DNA of 64,000 bases, from NCBI RefSeq assembly GCF_036321535.1, contig NC_087436.1, positions 104,658,001-104,722,000 on the forward strand, written 5' to 3'. Below, piece after piece: positions 51,788 to 64,000 of the stretch. The notes under the pieces were generated by a model, which worked only from the letters and a program-made list of their open reading frames with translations, had not been told where the DNA came from and made no database searches. Position numbers and translations under genes: made by a program. This DNA comes from Camelus dromedarius. Its lineage: Eukaryota. Position 1 is the first letter of the stretch. Each line of letters starts with the position of its first letter.

Positions 51788-52158
51788 TTTTTTGTTCATC
51801 TTTCTTTTTTTTTTAATTGAAGTACAGTCAGTTACAATGTGTCAGTTTCTGGTGTACAGCACAATGTCCCAGTCGTGCATACACATACATATATTTGTTT
51901 TCATATTCTTTTTCATTAAAGATTATTACAAGATATTGAACATAGTTCCCTGTGCTATACAGAAGAAACTTCTAAATATCTATTTTTATATATAGTGGTG
52001 AACACTTGTAAATCTCAAACTCCCAAATTTATCCCTTCCCACCCCCTTGCCCCGGTAACCATAAGATTGTTTACTATGTCTACGAGTCTGTTTCTGTTTT
52101 GTAGATGAGTTCATAGTGTCCTTTTTATCCTTTCTTTCTTTTTTGGATTCCACATATG
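51788..52158 (-). mobile_element. Young 5'-truncated L1 3' end
   Basis: L1 3' sequence; 11-bp TSD ttgtatacttt 51777-51787 / 52159-52169. Confidence 0.92.
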
Positions 52159-52419
52159 TTGTATACTTTAAATAGGCGCAATTTTATTTGTCAATTATAC
52201 CTTGGTAAAGCTGGAAAAAACAGAGTGCAGGGATGATAAAACATAGCCGTCACCCTCAAGTAGCTTTCAGTTGTGTCATGTGACAGCTGGGGACAGTGGA
52301 TTCCTGTGCGATGAACCAACAAGACAAGCACAGGGCAGCCCCTGCTTCTCAATGCTGTGCTCCGATTTCTCATGTCACGTGGCCAAGACTTTTACCTCTC
52401 AGATGCTGGATCCCAGCTT

Positions 52420-54180
52420 AATTCATTCAACAAACATCTAGACACTGGCTATGTAGCAGTGGATGAAAAAGGAAAAATAAAATCTCTGTCCTCAGGGCTT
52501 TTAGAGTCTCGTGGGGAGAGGCCCACAGTACAAAAACGATTAGTTGAATGCTATAGTGGGTCCTACAGAGACACATAAGGCAAGTGAGAGAAACAGGCAG
52601 GGCAGGGGTTTGGGTGGAAATTTTTACCGACTTAGTCAAGGAAGGCCTTGTATTTGAACAAACACCAGAAAGAGGAGAAAGGTCCACTATCTCTGGAAAG
52701 AACATTCCAAAGCAGAGAAATTTGCAAGTTGAAAGGTCCCAGGGTAGAAGCACAGCATTTGAAGGACAGTAAGGTCAGTGTGTGTATAGAGTAAGCTGGG
52801 AGGAAAGCAGGAGACAAGGTTCAGGTGTTGGGCCAGATGTGGAGGACCTAGCAGGCTATGGTGAAGACTCGGTTTTTATTCTGCATGTAATGGTGTGGGC
52901 TAGGGTCTGAATATTTCTGTCCCCCCTGCCAACCTCATTCATATGTTGGAATCCTATTGCCCAATGTAATGGTGTCAGGAGGTGGAGCTTTGGGGAGGTG
53001 ATTAGGTCATGAGGGCAGAACTCTCATGAATGAATTCATGCCCTTGTAAGAGAACCCAGAGAGCTCCCCACCCCTTCCACCAAGAAGTCTGTGACCCAGA
53101 AGAGAGTCCTTACCCGACCATGCTGGTACTCACCTGCAACTTCCAGCCTTCAGAACTGTGAGAAATCAATTTCTGGCATTTATAAACCACCCGGTCTGTG
53201 ATGTTTTGTTATAGCTGTGCCAACAAACTAAGACCGTATACTATTGGAACACTTGGAGCAGAGACATGCTATGACTTGTGTTAACAGGATCGCATTCTGG
53301 CTGCTGCATTGAGAGTAAACTGTAGGGGGCAAAGCTAGATGAAATTAGGATGCTTTTAAAGTAATTCGTATGTGATAAGATGGTGGCTTTGACCAATAGA
53401 GGTAACCAGAAATTATTGGGTTTTACATCTGTTTTCAGGTAATACCACTGGATTTGTTGACAGATTGGATGTAGGGTGGGGAAAAAAGAGAAGAACCAAA
53501 GATGACACCAAGACCTTTGGTCTGAGCAACTGGAAAGATAGAATTTCCATTTACTGAGATGGGGAAGACCATGGGAGAAAAACACTGGGGGAGGGGGCTG
53601 GAGTTTCATTTTTGGACACATTGAGGTTGTGAAGCCTATTAGCAGTCTAAGTGAGGTCCAGTGGGCAATTGGTTATAAGTATCTGCAGTTCAGAAGAAAG
53701 GTCTGGGTAGTAGACATAGAACTGAAAGTCCTTGGGGCTCACAGATAGCAGGAGCATGGAGTGAGTAGGGACAGAGGAAAGACAAGCTTTGTAGATTCGA
53801 CTTTTGGAGTTTGAGGACAATGGGGAGAAGTAGTCAGGGATGTAAGAGGAATTCAAGAGAAGAAAAGGATTCCAGGAAGAAGTGAACAGCGATGTTGAAT
53901 GCTGTTGATAGGTCAAGCACAGAGAGGGCTGGAAACTGACCACTGGATTCAGTATCATTAGGGTCACTGTTGACTTAATAAGAGTGATTTGTGGTGTGGT
54001 GGGGACAAGAGCCTAAGAGAGTGGGTTCAAGGAGAGGAATGGAAGACTGTGGATGCGAGACAGATAAAACATGGGGCGGGATCCACTGTGAAAGGAAGGG
54101 GTGGAGGCAGGAAGGGGGTATATGGAAAGAGACTGTTTTGATTAAATGATGGAAAAAAATTCCTGCCGTGTGTACACTGG
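52420..54180 (-). mobile_element. L2 LINE interrupted by an MLT1A-like LTR (about 52895-53236)
   Basis: 'attcattcaacaaacat', 'tttggtctgagcaactggaaagatag...ccatttactgagatgggg'; LTR 'ggaggtgattaggtcatgagggcag...ccagccttcagaactgtgaga'. Confidence 0.85.
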
Positions 54181-56434
54181 TAGGACAGTCCATAGAAGAA
54201 GTACATCAGTGACGCGGGACCTGAATTTGTAAAGCTCTGACTTTGAGACTCTGGAATGAGATAATGTAACATTATTATGTAGATTAAGTAGCAACACAGA
54301 AATACTTACGTCATAATGTTCTGTGGTTAAAAAAAAAAAACGAAAACAGGATAAACAAAATGGAACGGCTGTATAAATGCAAATGGATAAAATGATACAA
54401 GAACTTGAGCAAATCTGTGAGGGAAATACGCAGCGTGATGACTGTTGCTTTGAAAATTATGGGTCACTTTTTTCTCCTTTAATTTCTAATCAGTCTGTAG
54501 CATTGTTTTCTTGATATTATAAAAATATGTATTAAATGAAATGAATTAACCTTGCAACTTTGCACAGGACAAACAAGGTAATGGGAAGAAAGACTCTGTG
54601 CAGATCAAATTTATACTGGATTTTTAAACTGATCTATTTGATTTGTTCATTCATTCAGTAGGTGTTTATTGAGCACTTACTACATTAAAGTGCTCGAAAG
54701 AAAGTGGTGAACGAACCAGCCTGAGGTCCCAGCCCTCAGGATCAGACTCTGGTTATCAGAGAGCATGGGGGCAGCCCAGTCGGGCTGGAACGATGGAGAC
54801 CAGGAGAGTGAGGGGCACATTATTCTCTGAAAACAGCATTTTTTAAAAATTTCCAGCAGCTGTGCTGCTCACACCTGCCCTTCCACCTTGACCCAGAACT
54901 GGGGGCCCCTACCCAGCACCTTTCACAGGGACCCTTGCAATGATGGTCTCCCTGCCCTCCCTACTCTTCAGATCCGTATAACTGCTAGGATTCTGCAGGG
55001 CTGGCCTGCCCTGGCTGGGAGTCTCGCGTTGGCATCACTTTACTCCCAGCTACAATGCAGCTTTGTGTGCACGTGGAAAATTTCTTTCCCAAGGCTGTGC
55101 CCAGTACCAAAGTTTGTGTTCTCAGTCACAATGTGACATGGCCTCCAGATCCCTGGGCTGTATCATCCCCAGGGTCTACCCCCTCACCCAGGAGGCCCAC
55201 CTTGCAACAACTGTCCTTGGGAAACAGTACAGGAGCATAAAATAGCACTGGTTGTGATGACTTTTAAATACTCCTTAAACTCAATCTTGAGATCACTCAA
55301 CATGAGATGGCACTCTTTGGTCCTCAAAGGTACTAGAAACCTTGGCAATAAATAACCACTTGTTCAAGTCTCTTAGGGAAAATAAGAAATGGTGCCAAGA
55401 TAAGAATAAAATGTCATTTACATACATTGAGAGGCAACATAGTAGGAGAAGGGTGGGGGAGTTGGTGTGAGACCTGACCCACCATCCTGGCCTTATCGCT
55501 CCCTCGCTGTGCAAGATGGAGCCAGAGATAAAGCCTCTGTGCACCTCAGTTTTCTCACTTGAAATGGAAATAGGGCCACTCGCAGGGTTGTCGCAGGAGT
55601 AAAGGAATTAAGTGTGAGTAGATAGCCCATTAGAGGAGCTTCATAGCGGGTAGCTGTGTTATTCCTAGAGCTCTCTCACAGAAGCTGGGGCCCCACAGGT
55701 GAGCACGTGCTGCTCACGTGTGTACGTGTGTGTGTGACTGTGTGGTCCCAGCTTGAACCCACCTGGGCTCATCCATGTCAAGGGGTGGGTGAACTTCCAG
55801 GAGCAGGTTTGTGGGAAGATATTCCGGTAGAAGGAGATGTGGGGACAGTTTGGTCAGATGATCCTAGGTGGGGACAGGGAGAGTTGGCCTTAGACATTGT
55901 TGCCTGACTGGGTCCCAGAGATGTGAGTTAGAGGAGGGTCTGCAGGAAGAGGCTAAATTAGTTATTTTTATGAAGGGCTGGGTGGTGAAGAGACCGGCAG
56001 AGCAGAGGGGGGCCCTCCCCCTTCTGAGAGGCTATCAAGGTGCTGTCTCATGGGGGCCTGGGGAGAGGACAATGCCACCTTACACAGCAAGAGACTGCAG
56101 CCTTGTGTGGCAGAAGGCGGTGGCTTGGGCAAGGCAGCATTCTCAGGGAGGGAGGCACCCCTTCCTAACAGCTTTGGGACATCACTGAGGCAGGTTGGAC
56201 ACTTTGTCTTGAGCTCACGAGAGATAGCCCCAGGGATGCAGAGAAATTGCCAATGGGACTTTGAGGGGAACTGGACTCTTGTTTTACCAGCTGGGGCTAA
56301 TATGCAGGTGATTGCTGTAACCGTGCGCCGTGAGCTGACCCTGGGCCCCTCAGCCTTGGATTCATTCCTTGTCTTTCCCCTGCTCTGCTCTGTGTTACAG
56401 GGGCAGCCCTTGCAGGCTGTGTCTCTGAGGCCCC

Positions 56435-56780
56435 TTATTATGAATGCCTGTGTCCCCCCAAATTTGTATGTTGAGAGTCTAACCTGCAAAGTGATCATAT
56501 TTAGAGGTGGAGACTTTGGGAGGTGATTAGGGCATAAGGGTGGAGCCCTCGTGAATGGGATTAGTGCCCTTGTAAAAGGGACCCCAGAGAGCTCCCTCAC
56601 CTCTTCCTCCCTCACAGGGAGAAAACAGCCATCTGTGAACCAGGAAGTGAGCTCTCACCTGACACCAAGTACACTGGCACCTTGATCTTGGACTTCCCAG
56701 CCTCCAAAACTGTGAGCAATAAGTATTTGCTGTTTCAGCCTATGGTATTTTTGTTACTGCAGCCTCATTGGACTAAGAAC
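56435..56780 (+). mobile_element. MLT1A-like LTR
   Basis: 'tttgggaggtgattagggcataagggtggagccctcgtgaatgggattagtgccctt...ggcaccttgatcttggacttcccagcctcc'. Confidence 0.88.
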
Positions 56781-57479
56781 CCTTGCAGCAGTGGGCTTCT
56801 GGACTGGGTCAGCCAATGAGAGGCACCAGCAAGAGATGGCGGCTTACGAGGAAGGGAGCAGTCACTGCCTGGGTAGCTTCTCCAGCAGTGGGTCTGTCTC
56901 CTCGGAGACTCCAGCCCACAAGCGCATCACGGTTCTAGCTTGTACCAGATCACCCTAGTTCCTGGGCTTTATAATTTGGCCTCCTCTCTTGTCTTTCCAG
57001 GCTTGGGGTAGCAGTGATCCACTCCCACTACCTGTTGCTCATCCCCAAGGTGCCTCTGCTCCTATTTGTCTCTCTGCTCCTCCATCATGAGTAAAACCAA
57101 TTTCATCTGTTGTAGAAACTAGAAATGGTGTGTCTGTTTTCCTGCTGAGACTCTTTGCAGCTACACCGCCATCTTTCCCATAGGCTGAAGGGGCCTGAGG
57201 ACTCTCAGGTTGGAAATATATGCAAACATGGAGGAAGGGGATGTTATAAAATTTTACGAGATGCTAAAACTGACACTCACTTGAGTTATTCGATTCTTAC
57301 AAATCCGAGCATCTCCCTATCCCTAAATCCCCAGGAAATAGCAGGCTTATTCCAAAAACCCAACAAGATCATTCTCTGGCCTTTCTTCCCTCAGCCTGAG
57401 CTCATATGGACTCTGACTCGCATGCTTTGCATCCCACTGAGGTTAGGGCGTTCGATTCCATTTCAGATTTACTTCCTTC

Positions 57480-57965
57480 TTGTGGGGACACGGTTACAGT
57501 AACAGCTCCCAGTGGAGCCTGGGCTCCCTCCCTGGCTCCACACCCTGGTGTTGTCCCCTCCCACGTTGACTCGGAGCTTGGCTATGTGACTTACTTTTGC
57601 TAATGGGACAGCAAACGGAACACAAGTGGAGATTGGAAAAATGATTGCGAGTTGAGCCTTTCCTTCTCTCCTGCTGCTTTTGGAACCTGGCCATGGTGTA
57701 AGGAAGCCAAAGCGGGTTTCTGGAGACTCACGGCCCAGCAAACAGCCAGCCTCCATGACTAGAAGGTAAGTGAGGCCATCTTAGACTACCCAGCCCCATT
57801 TTGAGCTGCCAGATGACTGCAGCCAGATGACCCCAGGTGAGATGAGCAGAAGAACCACCCAGCTGAGCCCAGACCACACTGCTGACCCCCAGAACCATGC
57901 ATAATTGGAACGGTGGTTGTTTTCAACAGCTGAGTTGAAGGTGGAGTGTTATGGACCAAAGGCTG
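57480..57965 (+). mobile_element. Old MLT1 (G/H-like) LTR
   Basis: 'ggctatgtgacttacttttgctaatgggac...gcagaagaaccacccagctgagcccag'. Confidence 0.75.
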
Positions 57966-58012
57966 GCTCATGCAATTCTCTTCCTATCTTTTGTCCTTTT
58001 CTTCCAACTTAC

Positions 58013-58169
58013 TGGCGCTTTCATCCTGCTGACCACCCTTTCCGGACAACAGTGCCCTCTGCCCGTCACAGGCTCCCCAGCTGACCTTTCACCAAATGAA
58101 AACTCATCCTCCTCCCAGAAGCATGGGTTCCATCAGCAAAGCCCAGTGGCTGCCTCTGTACTGCTTCCT
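58013..58169 (-). other. Candidate upstream exon ending ATG-AAA-GCG-CCA (MKAP) in phase 0
   Basis: Strong donor cca|GTAAGT at 58012-58007; weak acceptor; phase fits the 47332 exon. Confidence 0.3.
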
Positions 58170-59144
58170 CTTAAGAGTTAAGCCCTGACTTCATTGCATG
58201 CAAAGTTTCCCTTGTTTTTTTTTTTTTTTTCGGAAAAAAATGTGGTTTTGCTTCCAAATGATGTTCCAAATGTCTCTGGCTCACCAAAGAGTAATCCCTC
58301 AGCTGGAAAACGCAGCAACGCTGCTATTTTAGTATGGCACCAGGCCTCTGGCTTCTTGATCCTGCCAGGGCTGCCGACGCTTCTTTGTGGAAAACTAAAT
58401 CCACTGCCTAAGATACAGAGACTCGTCCCAAAGGGGTATTTCAGAAAGGAGAGGCCCTTCGCCTTCGTTCCAGTCTGCTTCTCTCTAACCAACCCCTCAC
58501 TCCCCCAGCCAAGGATGGGTCTTCTTCCTCTGGGGCAACTGAACTTTTAACCTACGTAAGTGGAGTCCCATCTGTTGTCCCCGACCCTCTGGCTTCTCCC
58601 CACACTCGGCCTAATTGTTCTCTGATGAAGGCTGAACGTAAGCCGATGTAACACTCCAAAAATGCATGGCTGGCCGACCAAACATTAACAAGAGAGACAG
58701 CTCTGAGAAAACAATATGCCTGTTTGCTCAACCTCCCTTTCTGCCGGCAGACTCATTCTGGAAACTTTCCCACTCTCAGAGGGAAGAGGTGCTTCGCTAA
58801 TCCCGCCAAGTGTCAAAATGGATGGTGTTTGAACAGCTTCCTCTGGCTAGGGCTGTGCCTCAGCTGTCCCCAGGGAGAGACTCCTGTGGATTCTGGGCAG
58901 AAAGCGTCTCCCCTGGACCCAGTAAAGAGGGCAGTTTGAGGAGGGGTCACTTCCTTAGGGAACTAGTTGCCTTTTCCCAAGCACTGCTCTTTCCTGAAAG
59001 AAGATTAGCTGGTGAAGGTCATTGAGCAGGAGCAGCAGGTCAGAGGCCACCTCAGGTGCTGCAGATGACTCATCGGCCACAGAGAAAGGCACCAGGGCTG
59101 GGAGTAAGACCAGTAGGGCTGGTCTAAAAGTCAGCTGTAGCAAA

Positions 59145-59285
59145 GAGGATATAGCTCAGGGGTAGAGCATGAGCTTAGCATGCACGAGGTCCTGGGTTCA
59201 ATCCCCAGTACCTCCATTTAAATAAATAAATAAATAAACCAATTACCTCCCCCACGAAGAACAGACAAACAAAAAACAAACAGAT
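59145..59285 (+). mobile_element. Vic-1-like SINE, near-consensus
   Basis: 'tatagctcaggggtagagc...ttagcatgcacgaggtcctgggttcaatccccagtacctcc' plus (aaat)n; TSD gtcagctgt 59130-59138 / 59290-59298. Confidence 0.93.
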
Positions 59286-59676
59286 AAGTGTCAGCTGTGA
59301 CTACATCTCAGGAACTGCATTTGGGATGGATGGTTCCTAGTCCTGGCCAATCAGGGTCAGAGAAGGCTCACGATGACAGTAAAGACTGGGCGCCCCTTGC
59401 TTCTCTCTCTCCACCGGAGTTCCAGGAGTGCTCCCTTCTGTCTCACAACTTCAAGGAAGGCTTTCGTGTCCCACTCCCAGCAAGATCAGCTCTGGGATCT
59501 TTTTGTCTATCTCTCCCTCCTTTGTGCCCCTACCATGTCCTGGACACTTTCCCATAGAGAACTTCTGCACTCAATTACGCTTACTTGATCACAGGGTTGT
59601 CTCCTTCTAATGAACTCAGGCCTCCTGCAGACAGGGAACCTGCTGTATTTACCCCCTATCCTCAGCTCCAACCCAG

Positions 59677-59726
59677 TGCGTACACACACACACACGTGCG
59701 TGCGTGTGTGCACACATGCACACACA
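59677..59726. repeat. Alternating purine-pyrimidine (CA/TG/CG) tract
   Basis: tgcgtacacacacacacacgtgcgtgcgtgtgtgcacacatgcacacaca. Confidence 0.85.
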
Positions 59727-62108
59727 GGTCACAAGACAGTACGAGCAGAATTAGAGTGTCAGAGATGGAGATAATCTAAGTTATCATGGAACCCAACTCA
59801 ATTGTTTAACAAATGAGAAAACTGAGACTTGGGAAATTAAATTATTTGTGTGAGTTGATATGCTTTGGACCTACTTTAAAATTTGGTCTAGGGCTATTCC
59901 TGTTGATAGTCACATTCAATGTCATTTACCCCGTAGTCCTGTGGAAGATATATGACTGAGTGACACACAGTTTCTGCCTTCGTAGAGATCTTAATGTAGC
60001 TGGGGAGAAATACAAACATAGCTATAAACACAGCACAGGACGTGAGGGGTTCCAAGTAGTTCAGGCCCTTAGAGGAGGGAGAAATTACATTGACTTAGCA
60101 GAGTCAGGAAAAGCTTCACGCAGAAAATGATACTGAGATGAGCCTTGGAAAAGGGCTGGATGATGGAAAGTTTGGGAGGGGATCACAGCACATGCAATGG
60201 TGCAGAGGCAGGAAAGCGCATCCTGTGTATCAAAGGAATGGTACCATCTAAATGGTAAATCTGCCCGAGGTCTGGGCTTTACCTGCAGGTGCAGGATGGG
60301 AGGTGAGGCTGTGGAGGAGGGGGTGCGTGGGGAGATAGGGGGTGGGGGTTGGGCTGGGGCATGCTTCAGGGTGATGAGAGCAGGTAGGAAACTAAAGCAT
60401 CTCCACCTGGTATCCGAGAGGAGAGCTGCTACTGACAAACCCCTTTGGGAAGTGAACAAAAGGGACAGAGACTTGCGGGTTTAACAGGACAGTGAGAGGA
60501 AAAGAAAAGCTAAGTAATTTGGACCCAATGAGAACAGAGTCCTTTAGGCTGTAAGAAAGGGGACGAGGGATACTGTTTTAAGGCACTAATATGCTTTTTT
60601 CTTCTGTTTCCCACTTTCCCAGGTTCACCCCAGATATCCATCTTCTTCTAGGAAGAGGGATGTGTGTGTGCAGTAAAGACGAGGAGGAAGAGGGAGGGAT
60701 GCAGATACACACTGATCACAGAAGGAACTCCCAGAGAGAGACCCAGGTAATGTTCAGCCTTGGCCATTCAAAATAAGATTTTGCAGGAAGTTCCAGCCTT
60801 ATGGGCCAGACCATTATCTCAAGAAGGGATTTCCCAGATTCTTCTTCTTCCTCCCTTAGTACATTAAGACAAAGCCTGAAGCTTGGAGTTCTCCCATATA
60901 CACAGTGAGTTACCAATGCCAGTCATTTAGGGCTCACAGGAGTCAGAAAAGAGGAAATCGAAGTACTGGAAAAGCCCACCCCTTTTCTGTACCTGAGAAT
61001 CTTAAAGAAAGAGGAGGAAACAAATAGGCCGAAAATAGCCAGGCTATCAGCAGAATTGCCCTGCTGTCCCCACCTCTGGGCCTGCAAAGGGAGGGTGGTT
61101 GAAAAGTGAGTGTGACCCTTGGGACTCCGGGAAGAAGCCATGGCCTGTGCTGCCTCATTAGGACCCAGGGCCCAGCCACAGTAAAGGAGATCCGCGTGGT
61201 CAGCCTGGGCGAGGCCAGCTTCCCCGGGCCGTCTTCTGTCCCATGGGGCAGAAGTTCAGCTGGGAGTCAGTGGGCCCACTGAGGGGGCCTGTGTTTTGAG
61301 ACAAGGTGATCTCCCAGCCAACAGACTGGAGAGCTGCTGGAAAGAGGCAGGGCTGCAGCCCAGGCTGAAACTGAGACACCAAGTCACTAGGAACACAGTC
61401 TGGGGGCATAGGGGTGAGAATGGGGCACACTTTGAGTACTGAGACCAGGAGATCAAGTAGAACCCAGGCAAAAAAAAAAAAAAAAATCTTCCCGAAGACC
61501 AATGGCCAGCACACATCCAAGGGCCTTTGTGGGATCAGAGAACCCACTGTCCTGGTACCCTGAGGGGAGAAACCTGCCTCACCCCACACTCACTGGCTTC
61601 TAGAGCGGAAGGCAGAGGGAGTGGGGGCTGTCAGAGGCACGGAGTGCTTTCCCTGAAGACCAAACATTATCTGAAAGGTTTAAAATATCAGCTCAAAGTT
61701 TAACTGGATTGACATTAGGTTTATCCTGCCCATCCCACTAACTAGTGGGTGTGGCTCAGGAGAAAGACCAGATTAGTTCCAAGCAAAACAACGGCTACTC
61801 TGTTTTCCCTCCACATCCGATGTGTGGTGGGAGTTATATTTGTGCTTGGCTACGCTGAGTCCTTGGGACGTCCGGGCTGATCGGAAGCTCGACTCAGGCC
61901 TGGGGAGCAGCGAGCGAGCTTGCGAGGACTGCCCCCAGGCCTCTCTGCCACCATGGGCTCCACAAGGGGGCCTTCCTGGCAGAGCTGCACGCCACCCCGT
62001 CCGCCACAAGGGGCCTCGTGGAAAGGGGTCCAGGCAAGACATGGGGGCCTCTGCTCCACAAGGTGGGGGTCTGGAGTGGGGCTGGCCCGCAGCGAGAAGA
62101 GGACGTTC

Positions 62109-62403
62109 TGGAGTAGTGGGAGCTGATACTGAGAAGAAAACAGGAGGAAAGTGAGATGCTGGAGAGACTCAGGAGGATGAGAAGGGCGGGCTTGGCGTTC
62201 CCAGGAGGACCCAAAGCTGGGCCAGGGTCTTTGCCACATGCCCGGAGTTTGGAAAATGGTCCACCGTGGGGTTTGGAAGCCACAGCGCCCGGCGATAAGA
62301 GACTGGGAAACTGTGGGGAAATTCTCCAGTCTGAGCTTCTGTGGACAGAGGAGGTCTGAGATAAAAAGGGGAGAGGAGGGGGAGAAGGTGGACAATGATG
62401 ATC
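62109..62403 (-). repeat. Left arm of a ~290-bp inverted duplication
   Basis: Reverse complement aligns to 63030-63315. Confidence 0.92.
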
Positions 62404-62439
62404 CTAAAGGCTGAGCACTGTGTGCAGATTCAGGAGTTG

Positions 62440-63020
62440 GGCTTTCGGAGGTTGCTCCCGAGTGGGCGAAACCCGGGAGGAGAGCTAGGGCCCGTGGGGG
62501 AGCAGCAAACCCCGCAGGCCTGCTGGGCTGGCCCGGGGCCCCCCACCCACCTGCGGGCGGAGCAGTAGCGCACCTCCCCCGCGCCTGCCGGCCTGGGAGC
62601 GGCGGGCCTTGCGCGGGGCGCTGCTGCCCCCTCCTGGGGATGCTCGCAGGCCCTTGCTGTCGCGGGAGCCGCTCGGCTGGGAAACTCGGGGCTGGGGCGG
62701 GGGCTGCGGGGCAGCTTCCCGGCGAATCCCGCTCCGGTGTCCGCCTCCGCTGCTCGCGCCCCGCCCTTCTTCCGCACCTGCCTTCAAAATCGCTGAGACC
62801 CATCTCCTGTCTCGGGCCGCATCCCCGTGTCTTCTCTCGCGGCCCCACTGTCTTGTGCCTCACACGTGGAGCTTGGTGATGAAGGTGCCATAGTGGGCTC
62901 AGACGGTCGTCAAGGACCCAGCTGGGTCCTCAAGTCCCTGAGTCTCAGGTGCTCGCTGGCGGAACACGGTCGCAGTGAGGATGCTTGTCTAGACGCTAGT
63001 GACACCGTTCCTTGCGTAGT
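62440..63020. promoter_or_regulatory. CpG island / probable promoter with GC boxes and a G4-capable tract (62688-62711)
   Basis: Densest CpG region of the window; ggggcgggg GC box; minus-strand donor cag|GTGGGT at 62550-62545. Confidence 0.8.
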
Positions 63021-63029
63021 GTGAGTGCG

Positions 63030-63315
63030 GGTCACTATCATCCACCTTCTCCATCTTCCTCATGTTATCTCTGCCCTCTGTCTGCAGAAGCTCAGACTGG
63101 AGACTTTCCCTTCAGTTTCCCAGCCTCTCCCTGCCGGGCTCTCTGGCTGCCCAATCCCACGGTGGGCCATTTTCCACTCTCTGGGCACGTGGCAAGGTCC
63201 CCAGTCGAGCTTTGGGTCCTCTCACAGACATCAAGCCCGCCCTTCTCACCTTTCTGAGTCTCTAGCATCCTACTTTCCTTGCGTTTTCCTCTCCTTTTCA
63301 GTTCCCATTGCTGCA
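63030..63315 (+). repeat. Right arm of the inverted duplication
   Basis: Shares cagaagctcagactggaga, agctttgggtcctc and caagcccgcccttctca with the reverse complement of the left arm. Confidence 0.92.
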
Positions 63316-63353
63316 TCTCTCTTCACCTTCACACAAACTTTCTCCTCCATCCT

Positions 63354-63550
63354 ATTTTTTTTTTTTTTTTGCACATATATACTTTTATTGAAGTATAGTC
63401 AGGTTACAATGTTGTATCAATTTCTGGTGTACAGCATAATGTTTCAGTCATACCTGAACATACATATATTTGTTTTCATATTCTTTTTCACCATAAGTTA
63501 CTAAAAGATACTGATTATAGTTCCCTTTGCTATATACAGTATGAACTTGT
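63354..63550 (-). mobile_element. Young 5'-truncated L1 3' end
   Basis: Poly-T then 'ttgaagtatagtc...tttctggtgtacagc'; TSD tttctcctc(c/g)atcct 63339-63353 / 63551-63565. Confidence 0.9.
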
Positions 63551-64000
63551 TTTCTCCTCGATCCTTAATTCTTTACCTCTCCACTGACCACACTCTGCCT
63601 TCCAGCCCCATCATCACCCTGAGTTACAATGGCCCGATGACCCTCAGTTAACCATGGGGCCCCAGTGACCTCTTTGTCCCTCAATCCTGGGCCAACTTCT
63701 CAGATCTGATTTGATGATTCTGCAGCATTTAGGCTACTGATGCCTCTTTCTGCAAATTTTCTCTCCCTTAAATTTTCAGACACACTGCTTTTTCCTATGA
63801 CCTTGAACCCAGTCCTCTTCAGTTTCCTTGATGACTCCTCTTTGTCCACCAGCACCAGCCACAGGGCTCCCTCTTGGCCTTCGTCTTTCATTCTATCCGC
63901 TCACCTGAGGGCTGTGATATCATGCCCTGGAGCTCCAGCTGAGACCCTTGCCCAGCTCTGTATCTACCTCCATGTGCAGGTGAACACGGGTCATCTCCAC

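Noticed and set aside
59145..59215. tRNA-like sequence (also at 4.06, 36.4, 38.4, 48.9 and 49.3 kb)
   Set aside because: A-rich tails, TSDs and multiple diverged copies identify SINEs, not tRNA genes
61850..62863. 337-aa minus-strand ORF
   Set aside because: Low-complexity P/A/R/G content expected from stop-poor CpG-island DNA; no recognisable domain
1..64000. CRISPR array, operon or other prokaryotic or viral system
   Set aside because: No regularly spaced repeats or gene-dense coding; content is mammalian

Overview
Mammalian genomic DNA, most likely camelid: it carries many copies of a tRNA-derived Vic-1-like SINE and young L1 3' ends. It is dominated by interspersed repeats (L1, L2, MIR, MaLR/ERVL/ERV1 LTRs, hAT MERs). 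Nearly all ORF-track entries are chance ORFs; the exception is a disrupted L1 ORF2 fragment at 19.0-20.2 kb. Reading splice signals by hand in the non-repeat sequence gives a phase-compatible chain of AG..GT exons on the minus strand: 58169-58013, 47332-47013, 46175-46104, 25288-25142, 15769-15589, 12617-12408, and a terminal exon starting at 4040. The chain points away from a CpG island at about 62.4-63.0 kb. I cannot name the protein. It carries in-frame TGA stops, so it may be a decaying gene or a shortened gene with a 248-aa ORF. The CpG island is bracketed by a ~290-bp inverted duplication (about 80% identity in the core). Several informative retro-insertions with target-site duplications (TSDs) are also visible. 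Old repeat family names and boundaries are from memory of consensus sequences and are approximate; no searches were run.
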